64,000 bases of DNA from a virus: IMG/VR virus record IMGVR_UViG_3300012078_000128, positions 1 to 64,000 of that record; one strand, given 5' to 3'. The notes below the pieces were generated by a model. The model was not told where the DNA came from, made no database searches, and was given only the letters and a program-made list of their open reading frames with translations. A program made the translations under genes and the position numbers. Of the stretch, positions 55,956 to 64,000 are shown piece by piece. Position 1 is the stretch's first letter, and every line of letters begins with the position of its first letter.

Positions 55956-57188
55956 GTGAAGTTAATGAAAAAAGTGGTTGTAGACCTAGCAAACATCGTT
56001 ACTGATAAAGTGAAATCATTGATACAAGAAAATCCTTATGGCTATGCAGAAGGAATCAGTTCTGTGGCTCAAGAATTAGAAAGTGTTCGCAAATACAGAA
56101 TGAAAGATTTTGATAATGTTATTGGCTATTTAATTGAAGAAGAATTGAATTTGTTTAAATCTAATACTTCAAATGAAGAAAAAACACAAGGGTCGTTAGT
56201 ATTTGATACAAGCAAAAAGATTCTTGAGGAAGTTAAAGCATTAAGAAGAACACGTAATCGTAAAACAAATAGAGTGGATACAAACATATTGACTCACGCA
56301 CCTTACTTTGCTGGAGGCAGTAAGACACGTAAACAAAAAGCAAAACAGGATGGCTATATAGCACTGGATAAGCAAGGCATTAGAAAATTAACCTATGAAA
56401 ATGATATGGGTATGATGCTAACAATGGTAGATGCTAAGGTATTATTTTCTTTATTCTCTATATGGGAAGATCAGCAATTTTCAGATTGGCTATCCTTTAG
56501 CGAATATCAACTGTTAGATAAAATGGGATCAGGTATTGGTGGAAAGCAATATGCGTTACTCAGAGAATCATTAGAAAAACTCCGAAACACTTCTGTAGTT
56601 TTTAATGAGGCATACAATCATGAAAAAGGAACTCGATATTCTACTGAACGCTTCAAGCTGATCATTGCTGATAAGTTTGTTGTTGAAGAAGATAAAAAAG
56701 GCAAGGTTCTCTCCAAAGAATACTCAATTCAATTTTCAAAACACATTAATACATCAATCCGTAGTGGTTATTATTCATTAGTTAGTTTAGCTATACTTAA
56801 TGAGCTAGAATTAGCAACTGCCCAAGGAATATATTTATTATTAGCTGGAATTGCTGATATGGATCGGAAGGAAAGTTACATTAAACAAAATGAAGAGTAT
56901 GTATTTGACCTGTCTGAATTGTATGAGTCTCTTTTCTTAGAAAATGAAAGCAAACACAATCGGAAGACTGTAGAAAGAGGCTGTGAAGAACTAAAAGAAA
57001 GTGGTGTTATTCAAGATTTCTATTTTAAGAAAGAGGGAAAAAAATATAGCAGTCTTGTGATAACTCTTTCTGATTGGAGTCAGGACATTATTAACAGAAG
57101 AGAAAATACAACTTTAGAAACTGAACAGCTTAGTTTCTTGGAAACTGGTAACTTAAGCAATCAACATAAAAATACTTCAGACAAATAA
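55956..57188 (+). CDS. Plasmid RepA-like replication initiator candidate
   Basis: 410 aa directly upstream of the iteron array. The segment GGKQYALLRESLEKLRNTSVVF resembles the wHTH region of iteron-binding Rep proteins. Alternative ATG at 55965. Confidence 0.5.
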   Translation: MKLMKKVVVDLANIVTDKVKSLIQENPYGYAEGISSVAQELESVRKYRMKDFDNVIGYLIEEELNLFKSNTSNEEKTQGSLVFDTSKKILEEVKALRRTRNRKTNRVDTNILTHAPYFAGGSKTRKQKAKQDGYIALDKQGIRKLTYENDMGMMLTMVDAKVLFSLFSIWEDQQFSDWLSFSEYQLLDKMGSGIGGKQYALLRESLEKLRNTSVVFNEAYNHEKGTRYSTERFKLIIADKFVVEEDKKGKVLSKEYSIQFSKHINTSIRSGYYSLVSLAILNELELATAQGIYLLLAGIADMDRKESYIKQNEEYVFDLSELYESLFLENESKHNRKTVERGCEELKESGVIQDFYFKKEGKKYSSLVITLSDWSQDIINRRENTTLETEQLSFLETGNLSNQHKNTSDK

Positions 57189-57193
57189 ATTTA

Positions 57194-57613
57194 GGGTATG
57201 TTAGGGTACAGTAGAACATAAGTTTACCTTATATTCTTACTATTTCTCCGAAGGGATGTTAGGGTACAGTAGTAATGTTATTTATATTTGTAATAATCTC
57301 ATTTCAAAGGGATGTTAAGGTACAGTATTAGAAATTTTAACGTTTTAATAAAAATATTTTTGCTTCCGTTAAAAACCCTTGATATACAAGGGTTTTTTGT
57401 TTTGTAGCTAAACAAATCAACTTTTTTCTCATGTAAAAGGTACGTTAGGGTACAGTAGTGTTAATTTTAAACCTTTATTGTTGAATTTTATAAAGGGATG
57501 TTAAGGTACAGTAGAACATAAGATCCCCATTTTACAAAAGCAATTCCTAAAGGGATGTTAGGGTACAGCATTTTTTAGCAAATTTGAGGCAAAGGGACGC
57601 TAAGGTACAGTAT
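57194..57613 (+). repeat. Iteron array: seven direct 21-22 bp repeats, consensus AAGGGATGTTARGGTACAGTA
   Basis: Copies at about 57194-57222, 57251-57272, 57307-57328, 57436-57458, 57493-57522, 57549-57569 and 57592-57613, all in the same orientation. Copies 1 and 5 share the extension GAACATAAG. Confidence 0.85.
57371..57397. terminator. Bidirectional hairpin in the middle of the iteron array
   Basis: AAAAACCCTTG-ATATA-CAAGGGTTTTT. Confidence 0.6.
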
Positions 57614-57671
57614 TCACAACTCTATCAAGGTGATGTATATTGGTGAAAATTGATAGAAGGAGGTGTTTGCT

Positions 57672-58994
57672 GTGATATATGAGGATGTTTACCAATTCTT
57701 AATGCGACAAGCTTCATCCAAAGAGTTTGATATTATTCTGAACCTGATTTTACATTCCGATTGGAATTCTAATGTTCGTATAGACTTAGATGATTTGGCT
57801 AAGAAGTCTGGTACTACAAAGCGCTATGTCAAAGATGTAATGCAAAAATTCCAATCTGCACAAAAAAACAAATTCGTTATCAAAAGAAATTCTCACGATC
57901 AATACTGTCCATTTACAATGAATATTGGTAAGTCTTCTCTCTTTTACTCGAAAGGAGACAACTATTGCAAAAAGTTCTCATATCTTTACAGTAAAACTTT
58001 CCAACCACTATCAATTTACGAAAAGCGAATCATGCTTGCAATTGGTAAAATGGTTTCTAAAACAAACCAGACTTCTGTTTTCTTAAAGGTGTCCGATTTT
58101 ATTTATCGAGATGAACTTTCTAGTGGTTTAATTCCAAGCCGCAAAACACTTATATCATCCATATCTAATCTTAATCAAACTTTTAACAATAAGTTAAAGG
58201 TCTCTTTAGTATCCTCTACATTAACAAAAACTGAACTAATTCAAGTTAACTTATCTGAAGACATGATCGAAAATACTGAAAACAATTTTACTGAGCGTTT
58301 CTATTTGCGGAAAACGCTTTTTGAGCATGGATTCGCTAATGTACTTGAGGATGAATACTGCATCGAGATTGAAAAGACTGCAAAGTATATCTTCAACTCA
58401 TTTATTAAGAAAGCTAAAAAGCTTAACATTTCTGGCTTAGTGGATCAGTTAATGTTTATCGCCAGAGACATCTATACTACTTCATTGAAGAAACTAGCTA
58501 ACAATTTAAATTCGCTTGTACAAGATATTGCAGATCCTAAAGAAGTATCTGCTTATTTCAGCGCGGTTGTATTCTCTGTGGTTGCTGAAGAAATGGCTAA
58601 ATACAAGCACCAAGAACAAACTGTTAGCAGCCTTTACAATTCTTTAGCTGTTAATGAAGGTTATGAAGAGATTCAAAAACGAATTGAACTCCTTAATTCT
58701 ATATCAAGTATATTGGAAGAATTTGAAACTGAATGGATCATGTCTCGTGCTAAGACTAATGCTGAACGTAAAACTGATCAGGAACAAGCTATTGAAGCAA
58801 ATGAAAATCTTCGTGAATATATTGCTACATTCCTCACTCCTATAGAATCATTGGTTGGAGAGTGGGGGAACAAAGCTATTGCTTTAGCTGATCGTATCAA
58901 TCCCATGAAAACATTTAGGCAGCAAATTGTAGATTTCTTAACTGTTCATACGGATAGGCTAAAAAATCAAACTGTGGTCTTGCCTCAATTTTAA
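57672..58994 (+). CDS. Second initiator-like wHTH protein downstream of the iterons
   Basis: The GTG at 57672 lies 7 nt after GAAGGAGGTG. N-terminal IDLDDLAKKSGTTKRYVKDVMQKF is HTH-like. Function inferred from context. Confidence 0.45.
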   Translation: MIYEDVYQFLMRQASSKEFDIILNLILHSDWNSNVRIDLDDLAKKSGTTKRYVKDVMQKFQSAQKNKFVIKRNSHDQYCPFTMNIGKSSLFYSKGDNYCKKFSYLYSKTFQPLSIYEKRIMLAIGKMVSKTNQTSVFLKVSDFIYRDELSSGLIPSRKTLISSISNLNQTFNNKLKVSLVSSTLTKTELIQVNLSEDMIENTENNFTERFYLRKTLFEHGFANVLEDEYCIEIEKTAKYIFNSFIKKAKKLNISGLVDQLMFIARDIYTTSLKKLANNLNSLVQDIADPKEVSAYFSAVVFSVVAEEMAKYKHQEQTVSSLYNSLAVNEGYEEIQKRIELLNSISSILEEFETEWIMSRAKTNAERKTDQEQAIEANENLREYIATFLTPIESLVGEWGNKAIALADRINPMKTFRQQIVDFLTVHTDRLKNQTVVLPQF

Positions 58995-59090
58995 GCGGTG
59001 GTTTTCCCATCGCTATTTGTCGTGGCTTAATATATAAAACAGCATAATCCAACCAGCAATTTAACGCTAAACTATTAAATCCATCTTTAA

Positions 59091-59123
59091 AAGACATATC
59101 CAATTTGAGAGATATGTCTTTTT
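59091..59123 (+). terminator. Rho-independent terminator
   Basis: AAGACATATC (59091-59100) pairs with GATATGTCTT (59111-59120), followed by TTT. Confidence 0.75.
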
Positions 59124-59646
59124 GTTTAGTTTTTTACATTAAATTACACTGTGAATATAACTTATTTAGTTGTTATAACAGTTATTGAAGCTGTTTTTCA
59201 TACATTAAGGTTTGTAGATATATAGGAAATATCTGTAATTAGGTTTATTGGAATGTGGTTTAGTAAATACGAGTCTAAATTTATATTCAGGTTGTTGCCA
59301 GATCAAGCTTCATTACATATTTATATGCATAGTACTAAATTATAGAACTTAATCTTTGTACTAAAGATGATTTTGAATTGTTACTAAAAAAGATTCTGAT
59401 GATTATATTGAATGAACAGAAAATGCAACCAGTGAATTATACTTCAAGGAATCAGTAAAAAATTCAAATAAAAATTAAAAAATGTAAAAACTACGTTTTT
59501 AGTAACTTCTCAAAACTATAAATAAATATCTCAATATCACTAGTATTCTCTATTATGAGATACAATAAAAGGTTCATTCAATAACTTCCGATAATTAGCA
59601 TTATGACTATTGATATAATAGAACAAAAATACGAACATAAAATTCA

Positions 59647-60033
59647 CTACTCACCTTCTTTTATAATACGAAATCTCCTACTTTTATTAGACACCTGTTC
59701 TGGATTAATAAAATCTATAGAATATTCAATTACATCATTTATTCTAAGTCCATTTTTCATTGCAAAGGTTTCTACAATATCTAAGAGTTGATCATTATAT
59801 GTTGTTCCAAATGTTTTTCTATCTTTGGGACGTGACTTCTTACTATAGAAAATTTCCCCACGGTTCAGAATATTCATCAATCCATTTTCAATAAGGTAGT
59901 TGTTGTGAGTATTGTATTCATGAGCCATTTGTTCAACCTTATCTAATAATGCTTTACTGATAGTTGTCTTAAATGTAATTCTAGTTTCATCTGTAACATG
60001 GTGCAATTCACCATTTATATTTAACCACATCAA
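59647..60033 (-). CDS. Tandem ribbon-helix-helix DNA-binding protein
   Basis: Two RHH-like units: ITFKTTISKALLDKVEQMAHEYNTHNNYLIENGL and KTFGTTYNDQLLDIVETFAMKNGLRINDVIEYSI. SD GAGGTGA. Confidence 0.55.
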   Translation of the reverse strand: MMWLNINGELHHVTDETRITFKTTISKALLDKVEQMAHEYNTHNNYLIENGLMNILNRGEIFYSKKSRPKDRKTFGTTYNDQLLDIVETFAMKNGLRINDVIEYSIDFINPEQVSNKSRRFRIIKEGE

Positions 60034-60210
60034 AAATCACCTCAAATTTAAAGCCATACAAGCTACTTAACTTGCATGGCTAATACTAATTATCATCTTG
60101 ATATATTAAAACGCTTAGAACAGCTCTATGGACTTCATAATTAAACTCGCTTAAAACACATAAGAAATAACGAATATAACCAACTTTAATTTAAACATTG
60201 ATAATTATTC

Positions 60211-60492
60211 TCATTTATCTTCAGCGTTTTTAATCTTATCTCCTAGTCCTATAATTGGCTTCTTTTTTACAGCAGGTTTTGTCTTTACACTTTTCGTATC
60301 GTTCTCTCCCCTGCTGTTTTGTGCAGAAGGCATTACAAAAAATGTATCGCTCTCTCCTAAGTGAGCTTGATAAAATCTAATCGCATGTCTTATGACTTCA
60401 GCTTTTTTGCTTCTTGGAATTGAATCAATCCACTCAATAATGTCTTTATCTCCAACACCATCTAATGGCAGCCTATACATCATATCCTTCAT
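60211..60492 (-). CDS. Alp7R/ParR-like adaptor of the second actin system
   Basis: Immediately downstream of the actin gene, with its SD inside the actin gene's 3' end. RSKKAEVIRHAIRFYQAH is RHH/HTH-like. Confidence 0.5.
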   Translation of the reverse strand: MKDMMYRLPLDGVGDKDIIEWIDSIPRSKKAEVIRHAIRFYQAHLGESDTFFVMPSAQNSRGENDTKSVKTKPAVKKKPIIGLGDKIKNAEDK

Positions 60493-60494
60493 TC

Positions 60495-61589
60495 TTATTC
60501 ATCACTCTCCAATAGATACACACCGTATCTATAATAACCTTCCACATTACTATTTCCGTTATTGGGAGGAATTGTAACACCTTCTGCAATCTTATCTATA
60601 TAGTCTATAAATAATTCAGCACTTCCCCCTACTAACAATATTTCATCTAAGTCAGTTTGATTTTTCCACTTGCTCATAATGGCTTGTTGAGTCTCTAATG
60701 CAAGCTCACCTACACCTTCATGTAAAGCAGTAGTTAAATCTACAGCATCTCTTAATTTAGATGGTTTATATTCGTACTTAGCAGCGCCTTTATGGAGAGA
60801 TTTATTCTTTAATGTAGCCTCTATTACATCTAACAACTCATAATCATTTACAGGGTGAGATGGATACTTTTTAGTGATAACAGATCTCATATTATCATAC
60901 ACGTCTCTGAACCCTTTAGCTACACTATGGAAGCCCTTCTGTCTTCTTAAAGCATGTACAATATCTAAGTCAATTGTTCCTCCACCTATATCAATGACAG
61001 CGACTTTCATACTTTCATAATCTTCGTTCTCTACCCCACCCTCTTCATCTAAATATCGACCTATAACAGTTGATAGAGCCTGTGGCATCACCTCAACATG
61101 AGCTACTTTGAAGATTCTTAAATCGTCATTGATTCCGACCTCGTGTATACCTTTATTATCTCCTAGAAACACATTAGCGATTTCAGTTTCTGTTGCTGTT
61201 CCAGTTTCAATTGAAGGTACTCCAGTTACAATCAATATCTTTTCTGTTGGTTCTATTTCAAGGTCTACAACCATCTTAGCTAAAATGATTTTTGACATAA
61301 TCTTATATGCTTCAGTGCGGTATCTATTTTCATGGCCATGAGTCTGTTTGATGTCCATTACTTTAGTTATATCATTGCCCCATACATACTGGACATCATC
61401 TATTGTATATACATCAAGATCCATTGAATGGTCATTGATTGACTCACCCACGTTCTTCAAATAAGTAAAAGCACTTGGTTGTGTAAAACTGTATTCTTTA
61501 CCACGTTTGTCTACACTTCTTACTTTAACTAGTCCATTACCTAGATCAATACCTAGAACTCTATCGTATTTTACGTTATTTGAAGACAT
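60495..61589 (-). CDS. Alp7A/ParM-like actin-family ATPase (copy 2)
   Basis: VLGIDLGNGLVKV, AVIDIGGGTIDLD and LLVGGSAE are actin-fold motifs. SD AGGAGGG. Confidence 0.8.
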   Translation of the reverse strand: MSSNNVKYDRVLGIDLGNGLVKVRSVDKRGKEYSFTQPSAFTYLKNVGESINDHSMDLDVYTIDDVQYVWGNDITKVMDIKQTHGHENRYRTEAYKIMSKIILAKMVVDLEIEPTEKILIVTGVPSIETGTATETEIANVFLGDNKGIHEVGINDDLRIFKVAHVEVMPQALSTVIGRYLDEEGGVENEDYESMKVAVIDIGGGTIDLDIVHALRRQKGFHSVAKGFRDVYDNMRSVITKKYPSHPVNDYELLDVIEATLKNKSLHKGAAKYEYKPSKLRDAVDLTTALHEGVGELALETQQAIMSKWKNQTDLDEILLVGGSAELFIDYIDKIAEGVTIPPNNGNSNVEGYYRYGVYLLESDE

Positions 61590-61613
61590 TGAAAACCCTC
61601 CTATTTAACTATC

Positions 61614-61750
61614 TAGCTATATTAAACCATATTCATTAATTATTAGCAACAAAATAGCATTATCATGTCTAATTATTAGCCATAAAATCTAAAAATAGGA
61701 CTCTCTCCTAGTCTATCAATTTCATACTAGCTATTATTCTGCTATATTAA
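61614..61750. repeat. Short direct repeats upstream of actin copy 2 (candidate centromere or operator)
   Basis: TAATTATTAGC at 61638 and 61670. GCTATATTAA at 61616 and 61741. TAGCTAT at 61614 and 61728. Confidence 0.4.
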
Positions 61751-62155
61751 TGTCTAAAATTATGGCTCATTACTTTATACATACTCTATTTTATTAAGCC
61801 TTATTGTATAGTGACCAACAATTATAACCTGAACATTGAATTATAATGTAGAACAGTAATTAATATAGACTAAATTAACACTTAAGTTTAAGAAGTAATG
61901 AAGGACAACATAAACTATAACCTAAATATAGACCTTATTAGATAATGAAATATGATAGTTAATGTATGGCGATGAATAATACGAGCTTGAACTTCTCATA
62001 TATAATTTAGGGCAGTATATATCATGGTGTTTACTTTATGACATCTATTGTATGGTGATAAGTTGATGTAGGTGCGATGTGCGAGTTGTAATGTAGATTG
62101 AAATGGTGTTATAGGTTATAATTGACGTATTATAAAACGTGAAAGGGTGCTTCTA

Positions 62156-62788
62156 ATGGAAGAAGAAGTAAAATTTGAAGTTGATTTTGTCACAATAGGT
62201 GATGCAGCAGAAAAATTAGATGTGCCAGCAGCAACTTTAAGATCATGGACTGAACAGCTAGAAGATTTGAATGTTCATTATGTAAAGAGAAATCAGCGAA
62301 AAGAAAGAATTTATTACGCAAGTGATTTAAAAGTATTTCAATTCTTTAAATCTTTAAAAGCTGAACATGGAAGAAAAACGACAACTAAAGATTTAGCAGC
62401 AATGATAATTTATGAAACTGAAAAAAACGGAACTTATGAATTAAGAACTAGAGAAGATGCACCTGTACCAGAATCTACATTTGATGTTAATGAACTATTA
62501 AATCAAGATAATATGAAAGAGTTAATGGGTTCTAGTAGAGTTCAACAGTTTATGCATGTTATTACTGAAAAATTGAGAGATGAAGTAATTGAAGAAATGC
62601 GTGAAGAACGAAACCAAATGATATTGGAAATGAAAGAAGAGTTTAACGAACAATATAAAGCATTAGACAATCTTAAAGAGCACTTAGATGAGAAAATTGA
62701 AGCCAGAGATCAACAAGTGTTAGAACAGATGAATAAAGCTATAGAAGAAAGCAAAAGAGGGTTCTGGAGTAAGCTGTTTGGTAAATAA
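62156..62788 (+). CDS. MerR-type HTH + long coiled-coil protein
   Basis: VTIGDAAEKLDVPAATLRSWTEQLE...IYYASDLKVFQFF is a MerR-like wHTH. The C-terminal half is heptad-rich. The ATG at 62156 follows AAAGGGTG. Confidence 0.65.
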   Translation: MEEEVKFEVDFVTIGDAAEKLDVPAATLRSWTEQLEDLNVHYVKRNQRKERIYYASDLKVFQFFKSLKAEHGRKTTTKDLAAMIIYETEKNGTYELRTREDAPVPESTFDVNELLNQDNMKELMGSSRVQQFMHVITEKLRDEVIEEMREERNQMILEMKEEFNEQYKALDNLKEHLDEKIEARDQQVLEQMNKAIEESKRGFWSKLFGK

Positions 62789-62803
62789 GAAAGAAGGGCG
62801 ATC

Positions 62804-63112
62804 ATGGCTTTATTTTCACGTAAAATTGAGTGCTTAAATTGTGGTAAGAATTTCAAGGCAAAACGAGAATCTAAAAGGGTAGTTTATTGTTGTTCAACAT
62901 ACGATAATTTAGGTCGAGAACATTGTGAAAGAAACGCTATTAGCGAAGAAGATATAGTAGAACTAGTCAATAAGAGATTTGATAGAGAATTATCTATTGA
63001 GGAAATTGAAGAAGTGGTGGAACACATAGAAATACAAAATAGGTGGCAGTTCAAGATTCGCATAAAAAATGACATTCCCATCATTTTTGGTGATAATTTC
63101 ATCCAGTTTTAG
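62804..63112 (+). CDS. Stand-alone recombinase zinc-beta-ribbon-like fragment
   Basis: IECLNCGKNFKAKR...VYCCSTYDNLGREHCERNAISEEDIVELV resembles the zinc ribbon of large serine recombinases. There is no resolvase catalytic domain. Confidence 0.4.
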   Translation: MALFSRKIECLNCGKNFKAKRESKRVVYCCSTYDNLGREHCERNAISEEDIVELVNKRFDRELSIEEIEEVVEHIEIQNRWQFKIRIKNDIPIIFGDNFIQF

Positions 63113-63342
63113 CTAGGGTGGAATTATTCAACTTGAAATATATGCTTGAGGGAGTCTGATCGTTGATTTATTAGGGTTTATGAGCTTTGTTTAGGGTGGA
63201 AATATAAGGTATAATTTACACAAATTAAGGGGTGGATAGGGGAGGGCGACGTTATAAGAATTGGGATTCTTATAAACTTTTATATGCTTGTTGTTTGTAT
63301 TAAAGAGGGGGAGTTATGATGCTCCACCTCTCATTTTTGTGC

Positions 63343-64000
63343 TTATTTCTTCAAAAGGTCATAAAAACGCTTCAAAATAGTGGCGAATTGTTCACGAGTT
63401 AAATCTTCATGTGGACGTTGACCATTAGTCAATCCAACTTCTTTTAACCATTTCCAAGACTCTGCATGAGAAGGATCTGGTGTATCACCTGATACAATAT
63501 TTTGCTTAGTTTTTACAACTTTATTCAATTCGTCAATTTGTGTTTGTAGCTTTTTAGCTTCACTCACGGATAATTCCTCCTTAGTTTTAACGGGGTCTTT
63601 AGGTTTCGTTGTTGTATTAGATGCTTGTAACTTAGTTAGCAATAATGCGTTTTGTTCAGCAGTTCCTTTGTAATTTTTAATTCCATATTGAGTAGCCAAT
63701 TTAGCACGATTAGCAAAGCTTGAATCCATTTTTTTAGATGCCATATAGTCAACCAAACCAAGGTTTGTTACTGGTTTTGATGTCTGTGTAGGCTTAGAAG
63801 AAGTCTTAACACTGTTAAGTTTATTCAACTCTTGCTGTATATCTTGTAGAGTTGCATTCCATCTGTTCTCGCTCAAAATACGATGGGGACAGAATTTACC
63901 ACTCCAATGTTGGTGAGGTTTGACGCGATCAGTACTCCAACCACGTTTATGAAGCAACTGAGCAACAAATATATTGGCTAGTTTCTCAGCTTTGTGATAA
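63343..64000 (-). CDS. N-acetylmuramoyl-L-alanine amidase (Amidase_2/PGRP) endolysin; N-terminus beyond the right edge
   Basis: HQHWSGKFCPHRIL is the end of Amidase_2. The frame stays open to position 64000 (…YHKAEKLANIFVAQL). Followed by wall-binding-like repeats. Confidence 0.8.
   Translation of the reverse strand, partial: YHKAEKLANIFVAQLLHKRGWSTDRVKPHQHWSGKFCPHRILSENRWNATLQDIQQELNKLNSVKTSSKPTQTSKPVTNLGLVDYMASKKMDSSFANRAKLATQYGIKNYKGTAEQNALLLTKLQASNTTTKPKDPVKTKEELSVSEAKKLQTQIDELNKVVKTKQNIVSGDTPDPSHAESWKWLKEVGLTNGQRPHEDLTREQFATILKRFYDLLKK

Noticed and set aside
57194-57613. Possible CRISPR array
   Set aside because: The repeats are 21-22 bp, degenerate, and irregularly spaced (about 43-130 bp between starts). 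They are interrupted by a terminator and flanked by Rep-like genes, with no cas genes present. Iterons fit better.
1-64000. tRNA, rRNA or tmRNA genes
   Set aside because: Reading the intergenic regions, I found no cloverleaf-like segment with a GTTCGAATC-type T-arm and no rRNA-like conserved blocks. Not verified with tRNAscan or Infernal.

Overview
AT-rich (about one-third G+C by eye), densely coding, mostly plus-strand window. It reads as part of a large SPbeta-like temperate Firmicutes phage (Bacillus-type Shine-Dalgarno sites, frequent TTG/GTG starts) that also carries plasmid-type maintenance modules.

Left to right:
- Minus strand: PIN-PhoH ATPase, HU-like protein and a YonO-type single-subunit RNA polymerase.
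- RecD2-like helicase.
- A palindrome/repeat region, a wHTH protein and a ParM/RHH actin-type partition cassette.
- An XRE regulator.
- A four-gene membrane-protein plus FtsK-like translocase operon.
- A 1.8 kb ORF-free, strongly C>G-skewed region, followed by small type-I-toxin-like peptides.
- A yopP/yopQ/yopR-like trio: tyrosine recombinase, DGxHR ParB-fold protein, and a degenerate recombinase-like putative repressor.
- A small accessory island that includes a HEPN-motif protein.
- The replication module: SSB-like protein, AAA_24 ATPase, orphan N6/N4 methyltransferase, DnaB-like helicase, primase, a frameshifted DHH/RecJ-like exonuclease, and Pol III alpha split by an IStron (group I ribozyme plus IS200/IS605 tnpA-tnpB).
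- 3D-domain wall hydrolase and NT5C nucleotidase.
- Class Ib RNR (nrdE/nrdF, flavodoxin, glutaredoxin-like), MazG-like protein, a sigma-70-family factor, thyA, dfrA and a dNMP kinase.
- RecU-like resolvase.
- A second plasmid-like block: Rep-like gene, seven 21-22 bp iterons, a second initiator-like gene, a tandem-RHH protein, and a second Alp7A/ParM-like actin with its adaptor.
- A MerR-HTH coiled-coil protein, a recombinase zinc-ribbon fragment, and an Amidase_2 endolysin running off the right edge.

No rRNA, tRNA or CRISPR array was recognised. All homology statements come from motif recognition by eye, not from database searches.
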